Assembly: GCA_048128005.1 (NCBI GenBank) | Contig: JBEUKZ010000014.1 | Span: 124,001 to 188,000 of the forward strand | Direction of reading: 5' to 3' | Origin: Veleropilina oligotropha | Lineage: Eukaryota | Length of the DNA: 64,000 nucleotides | Shown: positions 1-13,335 of the stretch, piece by piece | Numbering within the stretch: position 1 is the first letter of the stretch | Layout of the letters: each line of letters begins with the position of its first letter | Notes under the pieces: model-generated | What the model saw: the letters and a program-made list of their open reading frames with translations, nothing else | Told to the model about the DNA's origin: nothing | Databases searched by the model: none | Translations under genes and position numbers: made by a program

Positions 1-316
1 GAGTAGCTGTAGTGTGAAGAAAAACACATAATGGTAAAATTTCATTAATTTTTGTTTTCTTCTGATGTTCCATCCTGTTGTGGTCAAGGCTATTATCTTG
101 TCATTATAATTCCATGGCAGTTGTCAAGCGTTCATTGGTGATAAGTTTGCATGTTTCTCTGAGCTGACCAGTAAGAGTCTGAAAAAAGCATGATATTTAT
201 ATTTGTCAATTCTCATTCTATAGAATCCGTTGTGATGACACAGTATATTCCTGTCAGTATTATACATCAGATATATTATCACCTCCTCATTTGTATAAAT
301 ATCTGTAGAATTTGTA

Positions 317-545
317 GGTTGCCCGCTGGTGCAGTGGATATAAGTATAACTTCTATTTATCTCGCCTGGCTTCTTTAATTCACCTGCAGGAGTGGGTTCA
401 AATCCTCAGCTAGGCACTTTATACAGTTAACAGTCCATTCACAGTTGTCAATAACTGGCTGGTGTTTTCCTTGGGATACCATACTTTCCTCCACGGTTAT
501 GTGGACATGCACTGGTATGACCTGAAGTGTTAAAATGAGCCAAAC
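317..545 (+). mobile_element. tRNA-derived SINE, family B, diverged copy
   Basis: A-box-like tggtgcagtgg, B-box ggttcaaatcc, then cacagttgtc...actggc...tttcctcc shared with the copies at 26675 and 56394. Confidence 0.6.
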
Positions 546-1433
546 TATAGCTAAGACAAACCCAGAGTTTGTTTTGAGCTAATCTTGATCAGAGAGAGAC
601 GTTAAAATGAAAACTTATCAATCAACATGAACATTGTTATATGCTATGATTTAAAATGGTGCAATGACAAGTTAGTTAATTGAACATGCAAACTTATTGT
701 CAAATTAAGCAATGAACGCTGGGATATTAATGTTGAACCTATGTTACACCAGTTCTTTTTAATTAGTATAAAACAAATTAGGACATCTATGTGAGTGTCA
801 ATGTAAAAGCTAATTGTAAACCAATAAACTGTCAGGAGTGTTGCTAGGGAAAGTTATTAAATAATCCTACGCTCTACTCATTTTGATAGTGCTCCACACA
901 TTAACCTGTGGTCAATTTGATGTATTTTTCTTTTTGAAGATCCTCTTGCATTTTATAAAATGTTATATGTGATTGGATAAATGCTTTTGAATCGATAATA
1001 CCGAAATCTGTATTTGAATGTAGTTATGTTTACTTTTTACAATCTCGTGCGCATGCGTCGATTGTGCTTTGCTACAACGACTGGTGGTGGCATGCACACT
1101 ACTTTAATTTAAATTGAAAATCTGTTGGTCAGAATGATTACTTGACGTCAATTGACCCAGATACGTGGTATTGTATACATGTTCATACGCCGACACGTGT
1201 TATTGTTTATGTCACCATCGATGCCAAATGCATCAAAAAAATGCATTATATTCGAACTGCTGGCCTTTCCAAAGAGTGACTCCCTCTGACACATGTATTT
1301 ATTCAGTCGATATTTAATATTTACTTACGGCTAAACTAAATATTATATTTTAATAAGCGGTGGATCACCGCAAAAAATTGAAACGATCTTACTTAACGCG
1401 TGACCTCATCCATCTTGTTTCCGAATGACATTC

Positions 1434-1445
1434 TATATATATATA

Positions 1446-1482
<37 letters not shown>
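1434..1482. repeat. (TA)n microsatellite
   Basis: Direct reading; interrupted once. Confidence 0.95.
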
Positions 1483-1485
<3 letters not shown>

Positions 1486-2097
1486 GCAGGACTATTTGCT
1501 CTGGGACATCGCTTCATTCAGATAAACTGAGTGCTTGGAGTGCATTTTATGGTAATCACTAGGTAACCATGTGGTTGCCAATCATTAGAATAAATATTGA
1601 AGCCAAATAAAAAGAAGTAAAAAATGTCACGTCACGAACGAAATGAGGTGATTTGTCTCAAGGCCGGGGCTGCGGTCGCAGATATTGTATGGACATGACA
1701 GGGGCAATAACTCATATGTTCTTTCAACTTTGGAGATTGTAGTTTATAATCGTCAGGATGTATTATTCTTTTATTTCCTTCATTCTGAGAGGTAATTCTT
1801 GTCACAGGTAGTTGTGTTGTAGTAATAATATAACTATTTTCCTAATGATAACATTTTAATTTGAATGAAGTTCTGTTTCTGTGGTTAGCCATATTGAATA
1901 TTCAACATTTGCTTTCACTGAGTAATACAATTTTAATGTAAAAATAAATCGATACTAAGATTTAAAAAAATAAAACAAAAATGTTATCCTGCGGTATCTT
2001 GTTCGATATGGACAGTTATCCTGTTGGTTTTTGTCTCGCCCGTAGGGAAGGGGCTATAGGTATTGCTTTTCTGGTGGCGACGGCATCGTCAACAATT

Positions 2098-2413
2098 GCC
2101 GTCGTGGCTCAGTGGGTTGTTCACAGGACTTTGGTCACAGAGTCTCGGGTTCGCCCCCAGAGCTCGGCGATTTCACTTGGGCAAGGAAATAAGCATATAT
2201 TTGCCTCGGTCCACTCAGCCGATCTGAATGGGTACCTGGTTGGCAGTTATGTAAGTCACGGCGCTACTCGTGTGTAAATGACTGTAATGCTCCCAGAGGG
2301 AGTTGAGATGGCATATCGAGTGGAAGAGGCCAATAACCAGGGGTAATAATGTTCAGCGCATTGAGACACTAGCGTAATAAAGCGCTATATAAGACCGGAG
2401 TATTATTATTATT
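2098..2413 (+). mobile_element. tRNA-derived SINE, family A (CORE-like centre, L2-like tail)
   Basis: A-box tggctcagtgg and B-box ggttcgcccc. The centre cttgggcaag...gcctc...aatggg resembles the CORE domain. The 3' end gcgctatataag...(tat)n resembles L2 tails. A second copy is at 4151. Confidence 0.85.
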
Positions 2414-4150
2414 AATGTTTTGCGTTTAGCTTTGTTTCTCACAAAGTATAAGTTCTAGATCAACATAACTTGGACCATAGATGCTTCATGGGCACTGTTG
2501 TTTAATGAATGCTTCGGATGCTTGATATATAACCTAGATTTTACGTACCGTGACTTTGTCAACATATTAATCTGTGTTAAGTTTTTGTGTTTAGCTCTGT
2601 TTCTCAAAAGGTATGTGTTCTAAACTTAGAACATATATATGCTTCATAAGTGTATGTGCTAAGGGAGGCACATACATACCGATATTCCCCCCTCACCCCC
2701 CCCCCCCCCATCAGGCTCACCCCCTCCAAAATAAAATTATGAAGAAGTTACATGATTTATTTTTGCTATGCCTACACACTATAGCAGTTATTCTGAAAAT
2801 TTCATTATGCCTTGAAATATTGAGGATAGAAAAGAAGCAGATATCGTTATGTAAGTATTATGTTTGTATGATGAAAGGGACATATGCTTATCTGTAAGAC
2901 TTGCTCACTGCCGATAGGCACAGTAAGCTGTTAAGCTTAATGGTCACTGAGAAGCTGGGATTATCAAAATCAGATGGATTTTGAAAACTGGCTTCCCCAT
3001 TGGTTTATTCAATTGGTATCTTGTGATGGCAGTATATATTGCCATAACAAGAACAGACTGAATCCAGTGTCTAATATCACCCACCTCAACTGGTCATGGT
3101 TCAAGTCATTATATCCACGGACTATTGTCCGGGATACTATTTTGTCATTTTGGCTGCTAAATATATTTAATCTCGAGCATATAATAATAAGATTTGTATT
3201 TATTTATGTTTATCTGAAACTTTACGTCTTACAATAACTATATTAGGATCAGCACTGCATAGGTTGTAGGCCTACTTCTGAATTCTTACTTTACAAACTG
3301 AAAATGTGTCCCTTTTCAAAGTAAGCGGGGATGGGCGAGACATAATTCTGCGGAATTTCTTGTTTAAAATATGACAGTCTACTTTCTCGTGTGATAGTTT
3401 CAAAGCTCACAAGATAAATGTCCATATCGAACTTGCCGCCACGAGATAACATTAAATATTCAATCGCTTGATCAAGATATTCTAGATATTATACAGATGA
3501 TATTGAACCACACAAAAAATGTTCTACATGTAATCAATGGAGTAGAGGCAATATGGTTAAAATGATTATATGAGTAGTACCTAATTAATGTCAACAACAA
3601 ACGTTCCTCTAGTTGCAGTGTTGTCGTACAATTTAGTAGTCTTTTTAGTAGAATTTTTGGTATATTTTATTACAAGTGAAGATTTGAAACCAGTCAGAGA
3701 GTTAAATTATAATGTATCTTTGATAAAAGCCAATGTTTAATCAAGAGTGATGCCAATGAAATGATACCTGATTTTAACAAAATTTTAGTAGTTGCAATGA
3801 ATGAATATATATTTAATGACTTCTGGAGTTAGTAGTTAAGAAATGACAAGTTTCTAATGTTGTATTATGATGTACACATTATTTATTCTTTGTTCACAAA
3901 GTCGAAAAAGCACCAATTTTAGATTTTATTTAAATCAGTTTAAAACATCTATCATACTGTTTAGTTGAACAATATGTAATAAAGGTGTGATGACCCAAAG
4001 AATTTATTTTCTTTCTATAATGTACTTATTGGCACAATTACACTTGTTACACATAGCAAAGGCCTATTCTTGGTGCATTCATTCATATAGCGGGAGGACA
4101 GTCTGGACACTTGGGTAAAGCCCACCGTACCAGGCAGTTACGGACCATAT

Positions 4151-4473
4151 GCCATCGTGGCTCAGTGGGTTGTTCATCGGACTCTGGTCACAGAGTCTCG
4201 CGTTTGCCCCCAAAGCTCGTCGATTTCACTTGGGCAAGGAAATAAGCATATATTTACCTCTGTCCACCCAGCCGATCTGAAAGGGTACCTAGTTGGCAGT
4301 TATGTAAATCATGGTGCTACATGTGTGGAAATGACTGTAATGCTCCCAGAGGGAGTTGAGATGGCATATAAAGTGGATCAGGCCCATAACCTGGGGTAAT
4401 AATGTTCAGCGCATTGAGACATGTGCGTAAGAATGTACTATATAATTTTATAAGACCGTTACATTATTATTAT
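4151..4473 (+). mobile_element. tRNA-derived SINE, family A, second copy
   Basis: Colinear with 2098..2413 over its full length; ends in (tat)n. Confidence 0.85.
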
Positions 4474-4504
4474 TTTTTGTCAAAGTTAACTGAATTACTC
4501 CACA

Positions 4505-4593
4505 AAGTGTCGAGCCAAGGATTTTAACCCACTCAGCAAAGTTATTGCAATCAGAACGAGTGAATTTGGAACAATGCTTTTAACCACTCGGAC
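4505..4593 (-). mobile_element. SINE head related to family B
   Basis: Reverse complement gtccgagtggttaaa...aattcact...gagtgggttaaaatcc has the same layout as the family B head. Confidence 0.45.
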
Positions 4594-5158
4594 AGAAAGG
4601 AATAGCAAACACTTTCTTGTGATGAAAATAACACAGATTGTGGTTGATTTCGTATGAAATGACTTTCAGTCTTCCAATAAAAACCAATACGAAAGCAGTT
4701 TCAACATTTGGAATAAAACCATATTTCCTTTCACATCTGGCGTTCTGTTGCTTCAGTTGGTTATCGACATGCAGTGATGATGATTTATCAATGCAAATGA
4801 AAAATTAACCTAGAGGTGTGTATTGCATATCTCAGCCAAGTAGCTTCTTTCATGATGCGGATAAACATGCACAAATGACATAGGCTAAATTAAAATTAGT
4901 TTCAATTGGATTATTGTGACAATTTTACATGTTAGGATGCATGACACATTGCAGACGCATACTCATGGTAATAACTTTTCTAATCTGCAAAATTAGAATT
5001 GGTTGTCAGAGAGGTTATCGAAATGAGATACGACGATACTTTCAACAATATCAGTCTTGTACTCCGGACGGTATCGTGCTGTACACCAGGTCTGATGGAA
5101 AGTTATTCAACAACGATCTCAAAGCCAAGACCAAGATTCATTTGGTACTAGACTAAAG

Positions 5159-5700
5159 CTGACATTCCATATATGCGGCAATCCGGCAAAAATCCAAATG
5201 TTATTTAATGAAGGAGAGATTCCATACGGATCCTGCAAAAAAAATCGCTCCATGTAGCGGTTGATGCCGTTAGCGGACGGGGAATTCCACAATAATACGT
5301 AATTTTACGGGCTTTCCCAGTCTTTGTATTGGACAAATAGTTCTAGGTTCTCCTGGCCGACACTGTTTCACCTGGTCCTCTACGAGCAAGAGTAATTCGG
5401 TAATTTGTTCTGTGTTTAAGCTTTTATTCATCAAGTTGTTGTTTTTAAACTATTTTATAATAACACCCCCTCTGTCGTCGTTTGAGCAGGATAATATGCA
5501 CACAGCGGCGATGTTTTCTTATTTCAACAGTTCAAAAGCAAGTCTTGTGATCAAAATGAAGTCTTCATTCAACAGAAATTGCTGTATCAAATATTTCCAA
5601 CTCAGAGGATGACGGTCAAAATATTGAAACTGCATGTAATTGCCGTGTATATGGAATGGAGGTTGTCTGATGCCGGATTGCCGCATATATGGAACGTTAG
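5159..5700. mobile_element. MITE with 30-bp terminal inverted repeats
   Basis: ctgacattccatatatgcggcaatccggca (5159-5188) matches the reverse complement of 5671-5700 at 28 of 30 positions; interrupts the RTE remnant. Confidence 0.85.
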
Positions 5701-6368
5701 GAATGTGGGTTAACAATCAGCATCAAGAAGACAAACGTCATCGACCAAGCCATCAAAACACAATCCAAAAGCAGCATCGGGAATGAATTCCTCAAGGTCA
5801 CCGACAGCTCCAAGTACCTTGGCCCCGTTATGTCAAACAAAGTATCACTAGACGCCAAATATGCCGCTGTGATGTCCAAGCTGAGGAAACAAGTAGGGAC
5901 TATCTGTCTACTCACTACGAACACCAAACTTAAAGTGTATCAAGCCTGCGTCCTAAGTACTCTCCATTGTGGCGCTCAAATCTGGACAACCTGCGCAAGG
6001 CAAGATGATCGCCTAGAGAGTCCACACTCGCTGTTTACGGCGTAAATCCTCTGTGTCACTTGACTGAACAAGGTCACAAATACACACATCTTGAAGCGAT
6101 CGGAATCCTCCAGTATGTACCTCATGCTATGCCACATAGGGGAAGTTTGCTGCTGTGCCCCGTCTGGCAGGCCGAACTCTCCTGTGCCACAAGGATGTTT
6201 ACGAGCGAGACTTAAAGATAGCTTGTATTAATACCACCAGTTGGAGACCACTACGGATGATCGCGACACACGGAGAAGAACGGTAAAAAGACGACCCAGA
6301 TTGGAGGAGAAAGACTCATTTCTCATCTTTCAGAGAAGAGAACCAGGCTAAAAAGAGGCAACGGGTTC

Positions 6369-7755
6369 AATATGACCGATCCATATGACGTCGTTAGCTC
6401 CGCCCACTTTTGACGGCGCATATTAACGGCTGCCGACCGGACCGGCTTAGCAATATGCGGGCGACTATTCTAAAGGAAGGTGTTTTTGGTATTTTATTCG
6501 TTTCGTTCATTTTACACAAAATCTTTTCTGATTTCAATGAGGTATATAATGTAATAACGAAATGCAACAGATCCGAACTTCCGTGACGAAATTCGATGAT
6601 AGCATTCCTAATCCTATATAAATTAATACATATACAATCCCGCTATTGTGTTACATGTTTCCTTAATATGTTGTGGATAAGATTAAGATCCCATTCGATC
6701 ACTACAATGTCAAGATAACTCCGAAAACACGTTGTTGACGTTAATGTTCAGATTTGATGGTGTTGAAATCAAATGTGATGATGAAGTAAAACTATTAGGC
6801 ATTACAATTGATCACCAACTTAACTTCAATAACCATGTTGCAAATATTTGCAAGAAGGCATCGCTGCAATTAAATGTGTTAAAACGAATAGGTAAATATT
6901 TGACAGTAAAGAGCAAAATTACAATATTTTATTCTTTCATTTTATCAAACTTTAATTTTTGCCCTCTAATTTGGCATTTTTGTAGTACCAAATATACCAA
7001 CAAAATGGGAAAAATCCAAGAGCGGGCACTGAGATATGTCTATGATGATTACAATAGCGATTATGATTGCCTTCTACATAAGGGTAAAGTAATCAATTTA
7101 AGCATAAGAAACGTTCAAAATTCTTCATAAACTAAATCCAACATATGTTTGATTTAGTTAAATTTAAGGACTGTAAATACTCATTTAGATACAGTAATAT
7201 TGTTGATATCCCATCAATAAAAACTTCCAAGATGGGCAATAATAGCTTTAGGTACGCTGCAGCAGTCTTATGGAATGATTTGCCACAAACATTTCGTGAC
7301 TGCACTTGTTTTAATCAATTTTCCAATCTGATACAGAATTGGAATGGAAACAAATGTAAATGCAGTGCTTGTAAATAGATAGACTATTTTGATTTTTTAC
7401 TTTGCATCTGCAATAGATTTCTTTATTAGTCATATTTTAACGCTTTACTTGTATTTTTACGCAAGCATGTTTTTATCTTATATTATGTTCCTTTTAATAT
7501 TATTATGACAATATCATATATCTTATATTTGCTATATTTTGTTTGTATGTGTATATCGATATTGGTGTGACCAATTGTCGGCATAAAAGTCCTGAAAAGG
7601 CTTATGTTCACTGTTTTTATGCAAACCCCGACTTAAAATAAAATTTGATTTGATTTGATTTGACGGCAGAAAAAATCAGCCGAGAATCACGTGTAAATTA
7701 CTGTAATTTGATTAGTTGAGCCGTACATTTGATTGACAACGTGGATCGGTCTATT
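6369..7755. mobile_element. Non-autonomous TIR DNA transposon carrying a nested LINE 3' end
   Basis: aatatgaccgatcca at 6369 and tggatcggtctatt ending at 7755 are inverted repeats with a 1-nt indel. RTE sequence resumes on the outside. Confidence 0.65.
6750..7663 (+). mobile_element. 5'-truncated CR1/L2-group LINE (RT C-terminus, 3' UTR and tail)
   Basis: ORFs 6732..7130 and 7145..7378: VKLLGITID..LNF..HV..IC.KAS..L..LKR, F.FCPLIW, SFRY....LWN.LP. Ends aataaaa(tttga)4. Confidence 0.9.
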
Positions 7756-9075
7756 CACGCCAGAGAATTGCTACTGCGTCTGTAGACCATGTGGACGAGA
7801 GTGGCATGCCGGAGTGGGACTGTCAGCAAAACCAGCAGTATTTAGCCTTCTCAAAACAATGCTGAGGGATAATTGATACCTTGTTATTAATCCACCAATG
7901 GTTTCTACGAAAACGACCGTGTTGCTTGCTGACTAATAATCAATCTGACGTCACATGTGGTTTATCGAAGCTTATGATCTTATGATTATGGTCAGATGGA
8001 TTCCCACTGTTGAACATTAAATCCTGTTCCAGTGTAATGCAATCCAAGACTTCGCCATCCCTGATCGTCACCTTTGTCCCACCGTTGCTTATTTCCTGTG
8101 AATTCGGACGAAAGCGATTTCCTTTCGAAGATAATTGTATAGTGAAAATGTCACGCCGCATGTGCATTTCATGTTGATGCATTATCGTTTACTTGGCACA
8201 GTGATAGCTACCATGATTGATACGCAGATAACAGTTTATCGTATACACAAATGATGCTGTATGCTGGTATAGTGATTTGAATAACTGGGCGGTGTAGTAG
8301 ATAAGAACGTGGCACCAATTCTGATTTCATACGCATAACAGATCTGATTCACAGAAAGTCGTCCTCGGCTAGGCACTCTGTGCCATTAGCACTTACAATA
8401 ATTAGCTGATGACCAGACGATGACGACGGGTTTTCCCGGACTTCACTCCCTCGATAATGTCCTCCTGGCTGGTGTTAAATGAACATTTGTCCAAACCAAA
8501 ACAAATCCAAGGTTTCACCGGCTACTATACGTTTAGTATTTTGGAGAAATATATTTCAATGTGTTCGATAGTAAACTAAACAAAGGGTTTGATGAATCAC
8601 CAACTCAAAATTCCATCTGTGCATTGTGTAGTGCGTTTAAGGAACCCATTATTCATGCAATCATAGTTACTGCACCAATATGTAAACAAGTCTAGGAAGT
8701 GAAAACGCTACCAATCAACATTGATGTTATAGTATGCTGCTATTGATCGACTCAAATTATTAAACAATCATGAGAAACGCAAGCATAATTTTAATTATTT
8801 TATTTAATAAAGGTAAATATTAACAACATAACAATTATAAAACATTTCAATACAATAAAGGACTATTGGATACACTGTAAACTTTTTGCTTTGTTTATCT
8901 TAATTAACATTAATATGATTCATTTCTATAATGACACTTATTTTAATTGTATATACACTTTACAATCTTTATATAAATGTAAACAATTAATATGTTTACA
9001 TAGGCTACTTCAATTATTAATTTTAATATCTTATAAATAAGCTGCCATTGTTGCTAAAATGCCCTGGACTGTACT

Positions 9076-9411
9076 TTATTGGTCGTTTCGGATGCGAATG
9101 TTGCTGAAGACTAAGCTGGCCGCCTCGAAGCAAGGATCGTACAAGCAGTGGACGTACATCTGGAACACGTTTTTCATCGTGCCAACACAGATGCGCAACT
9201 TCTTCAGCGTCGGGGTGATGCACCAGATGTGGGCAAAACCAATAACGGCAAACTGCAAGCCCCAGCAAAGCGAGAGAGGTACGGAGCAGAGGACGGTCAG
9301 CACGCGGTAGCAGACAAACACGGTCATGTCATACGTCTTCTGCGACGCGTTCCAGGAACAATCGATGGATTGGACCCCCTCTGGTTCACCGATGATGTCC
9401 TCAAACGAAAC
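9076..9411 (-). CDS. CAV: Caveolin, last coding exon (111 codons plus TAA)
   Basis: Extending ORF 9076..9327 upstream gives [71 protein letters not shown]...[24 protein letters not shown]. This matches the caveolin signature FEDVIAEP, the intramembrane segment and the DPxFE...FSNxR tail. Acceptor ttgttAG at 9413-9412, phase 0. The paralogue cannot be assigned. Confidence 0.95.
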   Translation of the reverse strand, partial: VSFEDIIGEPEGVQSIDCSWNASQKTYDMTVFVCYRVLTVLCSVPLSLCWGLQFAVIGFAHIWCITPTLKKLRICVGTMKNVFQMYVHCLYDPCFEAASLVFSNIRIRNDQ

Positions 9412-9437
9412 CTAACAAGTCAATGAAATTTAATGTA

Positions 9438-9719
<282 letters not shown>

Positions 9720-10717
9720 ATTTCCTGTATTGGTAGGACATTTCGTACAATCTAATTCTTGATTCAGGTGTCGATGGTAGCAAGGGGTCACAGAGCCAGA
9801 CACCCTAGGACTTTAAGGTGCTGTTGCTAGCATTTATCAGCATCACAGCTAATAGAGACTGTCTGGGATGATAGTGTGTTAACAAATCTAGTTTTTGCAT
9901 ATAAAGAAAATAAAATGTACTTGCAAACAGTAATGTGAGTGGTCGATTAACATTCGGCAATGCATATTTCGTGGCTTCTCAAACGTGCATTAAGGTACCA
10001 CGTCTATTATTGACCAGATCTTTCCAAAAGTGTACGTATATGTTTATTATCTTTTAACATGGCAATCACATATTTGTCTACTTCACAATGATATATGTAT
10101 CGTGGCGTGTTTTTAGACGTATAACAAAATATGGCACATTTTCATAAATTACTCCCATGAAAATGGCGTTTTTGGCTTGCATATTTCAGACATGTGCAGT
10201 CGCCTATCTGTCTCGACTGAATCGTAACCATAGCAACGCTTCGCTGTGACCTAATAGTACATGTGCAGGCAAATGTGAAACATTATAGGCCTACTGAGGT
10301 CGAAATCAGATGGCTTATCAGGGTTACCACAAAAATAAGAAATTTTCAGTTCCCTGAGAAAAAGTGGTGACAGCGTCATTTCTTTTCCATTAATCTCCAT
10401 TTAGAATACGCACCGATACCCCATGTATATTTTAAATGACTTATTATAATAGCGATAAACCCTAATTGTTACACTGACAATAATGTCCATAAAATTTATA
10501 CCCATCCCAAAGAGCCCTTATTCTAATTAAGGTTAGTGGCATAGGAAGCCAATTTGGTTGGGGGTGGGGGTGGGGTGGGGGGTAAGGCTGAAAAGTGGCA
10601 CTTTGCATAACATCTTTTATATAAAGATAATTTTAAGCGCTACATGCATTGGCAGGTAAGTAGCGCGACTGGTGTGGGAGTTGAGGGCAAATTTCCAAAT
10701 AGGTATTTGAAGGGTGT

Positions 10718-11336
10718 CGAATTATACTATTAAGCCAACGGGTCCGCGTGGAAGATAATTTTGACAATTAACCTTGTGAAACCCCATCTCCTGTAGTCTG
10801 AGGGTGCTAATGTGCTATTTCTTACCAACATTTATGAACCATTTTCAACATTATATAAAAGTTGTCAATTTGCAATGTCACTATTGAATATTTATAACAT
10901 TTGTTTCCTTTTTTGTCGCAAAAGGGGACATTCTCAAAACCCTTGCATATCGGAATAGGAAATGTTATTAAATTTCAAACATATACTTATATTATAAATT
11001 TGGTTACGTAGCAAATTGCATTATGTATAACTGGTTTTTAAAGGTAGCTTTGAAGTATCCATTGTCGCATGTGTATGTGAGCTAGGATTCAAGATGTTTT
11101 ACGAAATACGTTTTGAAATATAATATTTGAGGAGGGACTATAAAATTGAGAGGACATGTGGGTTACCATGACTTCGAAGGGTCTTAGGGGATCGAATTAT
11201 ACTATCACGGGACGAAGCCCCGCGCGGAAGAAATTATTTACAATTAATTGTGTGAAACACCCTCTCCTGTATAATGAGGGTGTAAAATGTAATATTTCAT
11301 AACAACATTTACGAACCATCTCCAAATTATGTAGGC
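10718..11336 (+). repeat. Two diverged copies of a ~135-bp dispersed repeat (10718-10853 and 11193-11330)
   Basis: Both read gaattatacta...ccgcg.ggaaga...tgtgaaac.cc.tctcctgta...gagggtg...caacattta.gaaccat. Confidence 0.7.
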
Positions 11337-11397
11337 ATGTAAAAGCCTCATGCCCAGTTTGCTGTACAATATTTATACTCCCTGAATGGCTCACTGT

Positions 11398-11681
11398 CAT
11401 ATGACATCATGAACAGTGGATTCCCCGGCGCGCGAGGCAGCAGAAATTGCTTTTTTCGCCATATGAAAATGTTGATATTCACGCGCTGGTTGATCATCAT
11501 AAATAAACATGAATGAATTGGGGAGATGTCACGCGCTTCGATGCGCTACTTACAAGCAGTGTGTGGAGGCCCTTAATCAACGCACCGCTTGAACAGCAAC
11601 ATTTTCGGATCAGGAAAAAAGCGATTTTTGCTTCATGTTGTCTCGACGCGCCGGGGAATCCTCTTTTGATGATGTCATATG
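11398..11681. mobile_element. MITE with ~40-bp terminal inverted repeats
   Basis: catatgacatcatgaacagtggattccccggcgcg matches the reverse complement of cgcgccggggaatcctcttttgatgatgtcatatg. Confidence 0.85.
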
Positions 11682-12154
11682 GTACGCCCAACAAGAGCAA
11701 AAATATCATCGAATTGATCTTCGGACAATTTGAAATACTGCTTGCAATGCATACATATCCAAAAGTGCACGCTAGTTGCGCCGTTTGCTTGTCATATACA
11801 TAAAAGTACAATGACTTCTTTTTCGCGAACCATCACCAACTGCAGACGAGTTTTACATAATTGTATAAAAACATATACATGTATACACCCTGCAGTATAA
11901 TAAATTAATCAAAGTTCAGCATGTATTTTATGTAAAAGTGCATAGGGCTTTTCTTCTGCATTCAAATAGTTATCAGATAGCTCTAAGTAAGTAGTTTAAG
12001 TAATTACTGATACCCTATGTCTATGCGTCACGTCACGTACACGGCACGATTTTTTCCTCATGCGACTACAAGTGCGTCAAAAATGCAGGTTTGTCTACAC
12101 TGCATGAGTGATATTAAAAAGACACGCATGCCTTTCATACATAAAATAATATAA

Positions 12155-12650
12155 CCCAGTGGGCATAATTACGTCGATATAACGTTGAAACAACGTCAAG
12201 CTCGATGTTGTAAAAACGTCGAAAGATCTACGAATTTGAAAGTTTTGGAAACGTGATAAATCAATGTCAGATTACAACGTTGTAAAAACGTAGTTATCGC
12301 ATGCGATTTCAACATTGTGGCAACGTCTTCTCCCAACGGCCACTCGACGTCTGCGCCGACATTGAAACGACGTTGAAAATTGATTGAATTTGAAAGTTTT
12401 TAAAACGTCAGAAATCCACGTCGTGTCACTGTCACATTTTAACGTTGTAAAAACGTTGTTAAAGAATATTTATTCAACGTTGCGATAGAGTCTTCTCCCA
12501 ACGCTTACGCAACGTCATGTTCCGACATATGAATGGGTTGGAAATTAATTGGATTTGAAACTTTTGTAAAGGTAAAAATTCCATGTCGTTTCAATGCCAT
12601 CGTTGAACGTAGGTTTTCGTTGATACCGGATGGACGTCGATATCTTGCCG
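12155..12650 (+). mobile_element. AACGTT-rich element end with CCCAG terminus and ~160-bp subterminal repeats (EnSpm/CMC-like, tentative)
   Basis: Starts cccagtgggca; atttgaaa.tttt recurs near 12234, 12389 and 12553. Confidence 0.55.
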
Positions 12651-13183
12651 GTGTCATTTTCTCGCTTTGAGACAAGAGGCAACATTATATGCTACATAAA
12701 CATTTATGGCATCAGGTTTCAGTATGTTTTCAAATAGATGTATATATAATATAATAAAACACTTATCTTTGCAATGACCATCTGATGATAGAGTGGACAG
12801 GAGTGCGACTCTTAATTCAATCGCATGACTGGCCTGCATGAATAGGTTAGAATCATTACTATTGACAACATTATTCAGTTAGCAATCACAAATTTTCAGA
12901 ACTAGTGGGTTTCCCATGTTACCGAACTTTCCTTAACAATGACAAAGAGTCGCTATTTAGTCTCAGATTTGGATAACTTCCAGTGAAACTTACAGTACTT
13001 CTCGACATAAGTGCTTTCATATGAACACTAACCCCAGACAACATATACTTATATATACTTATATTACGAGGAATATTTTAAGTCACTGCAACATTCCTTA
13101 GTTGCATATAAAACTAGTATGATGATTCCATTTGATACCAACTAATACTAGTTTAACAGCATGTTACAGTATCCGGTTCATAT

Positions 13184-13335
13184 ATAGAGGATATCGAACG
13201 AGTGTCCATTTCAGATGAGAATTATGAAACGAGTCGAGCACAATTTATGTACCGAGCCTTGGCGAGGTATATAAATTTGCTAACGAGTTTCATAATTCTC
13301 ATATGAAATGGAAACAAGTTTGATATCTTCTTTAT
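13184..13335. repeat. ~150-bp imperfect palindrome (hairpin-type dispersed repeat)
   Basis: atagaggatatc...gagaattatgaaac...ccgag cctt ggcgagg...gtttcataattctc...gatatcttctttat. A related hairpin lies at 63429..63587. Confidence 0.8.

Larger units (their letters stand above)
5060..7835 (+). pseudogene. Degenerate RTE-clade LINE (3' part), split by two insertions
   Basis: Fragments: GIVLYTRSDGKLFN..LKAKTK (5060-5140), CGLTISIKKTNV (from 5701), TKLKVYQACVLSTL.CGA..WT (about 5920-5990) and the C-terminal Zn-finger-like CRPCGRE...VGL (7780-7825). Many stops and frameshifts. Confidence 0.8.

Noticed and set aside
2098..2170. tRNA genes at the SINE heads (also 4151, 26675, 56394, and 25805..25880 on minus)
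   Set aside because: A and B boxes are present but there is no clean cloverleaf, and most continue into a SINE body and tail.
1981..2277. Similar ORFs at 1981, 4157, 26713 and 56473 suggesting small gene families
   Set aside because: The similarity comes from SINE copies, and the frames are not conserved between copies.
7940..8182. 80-aa minus-strand ORF downstream of caveolin
   Set aside because: No recognisable domain, an in-frame stop just upstream, and no clear splice sites.
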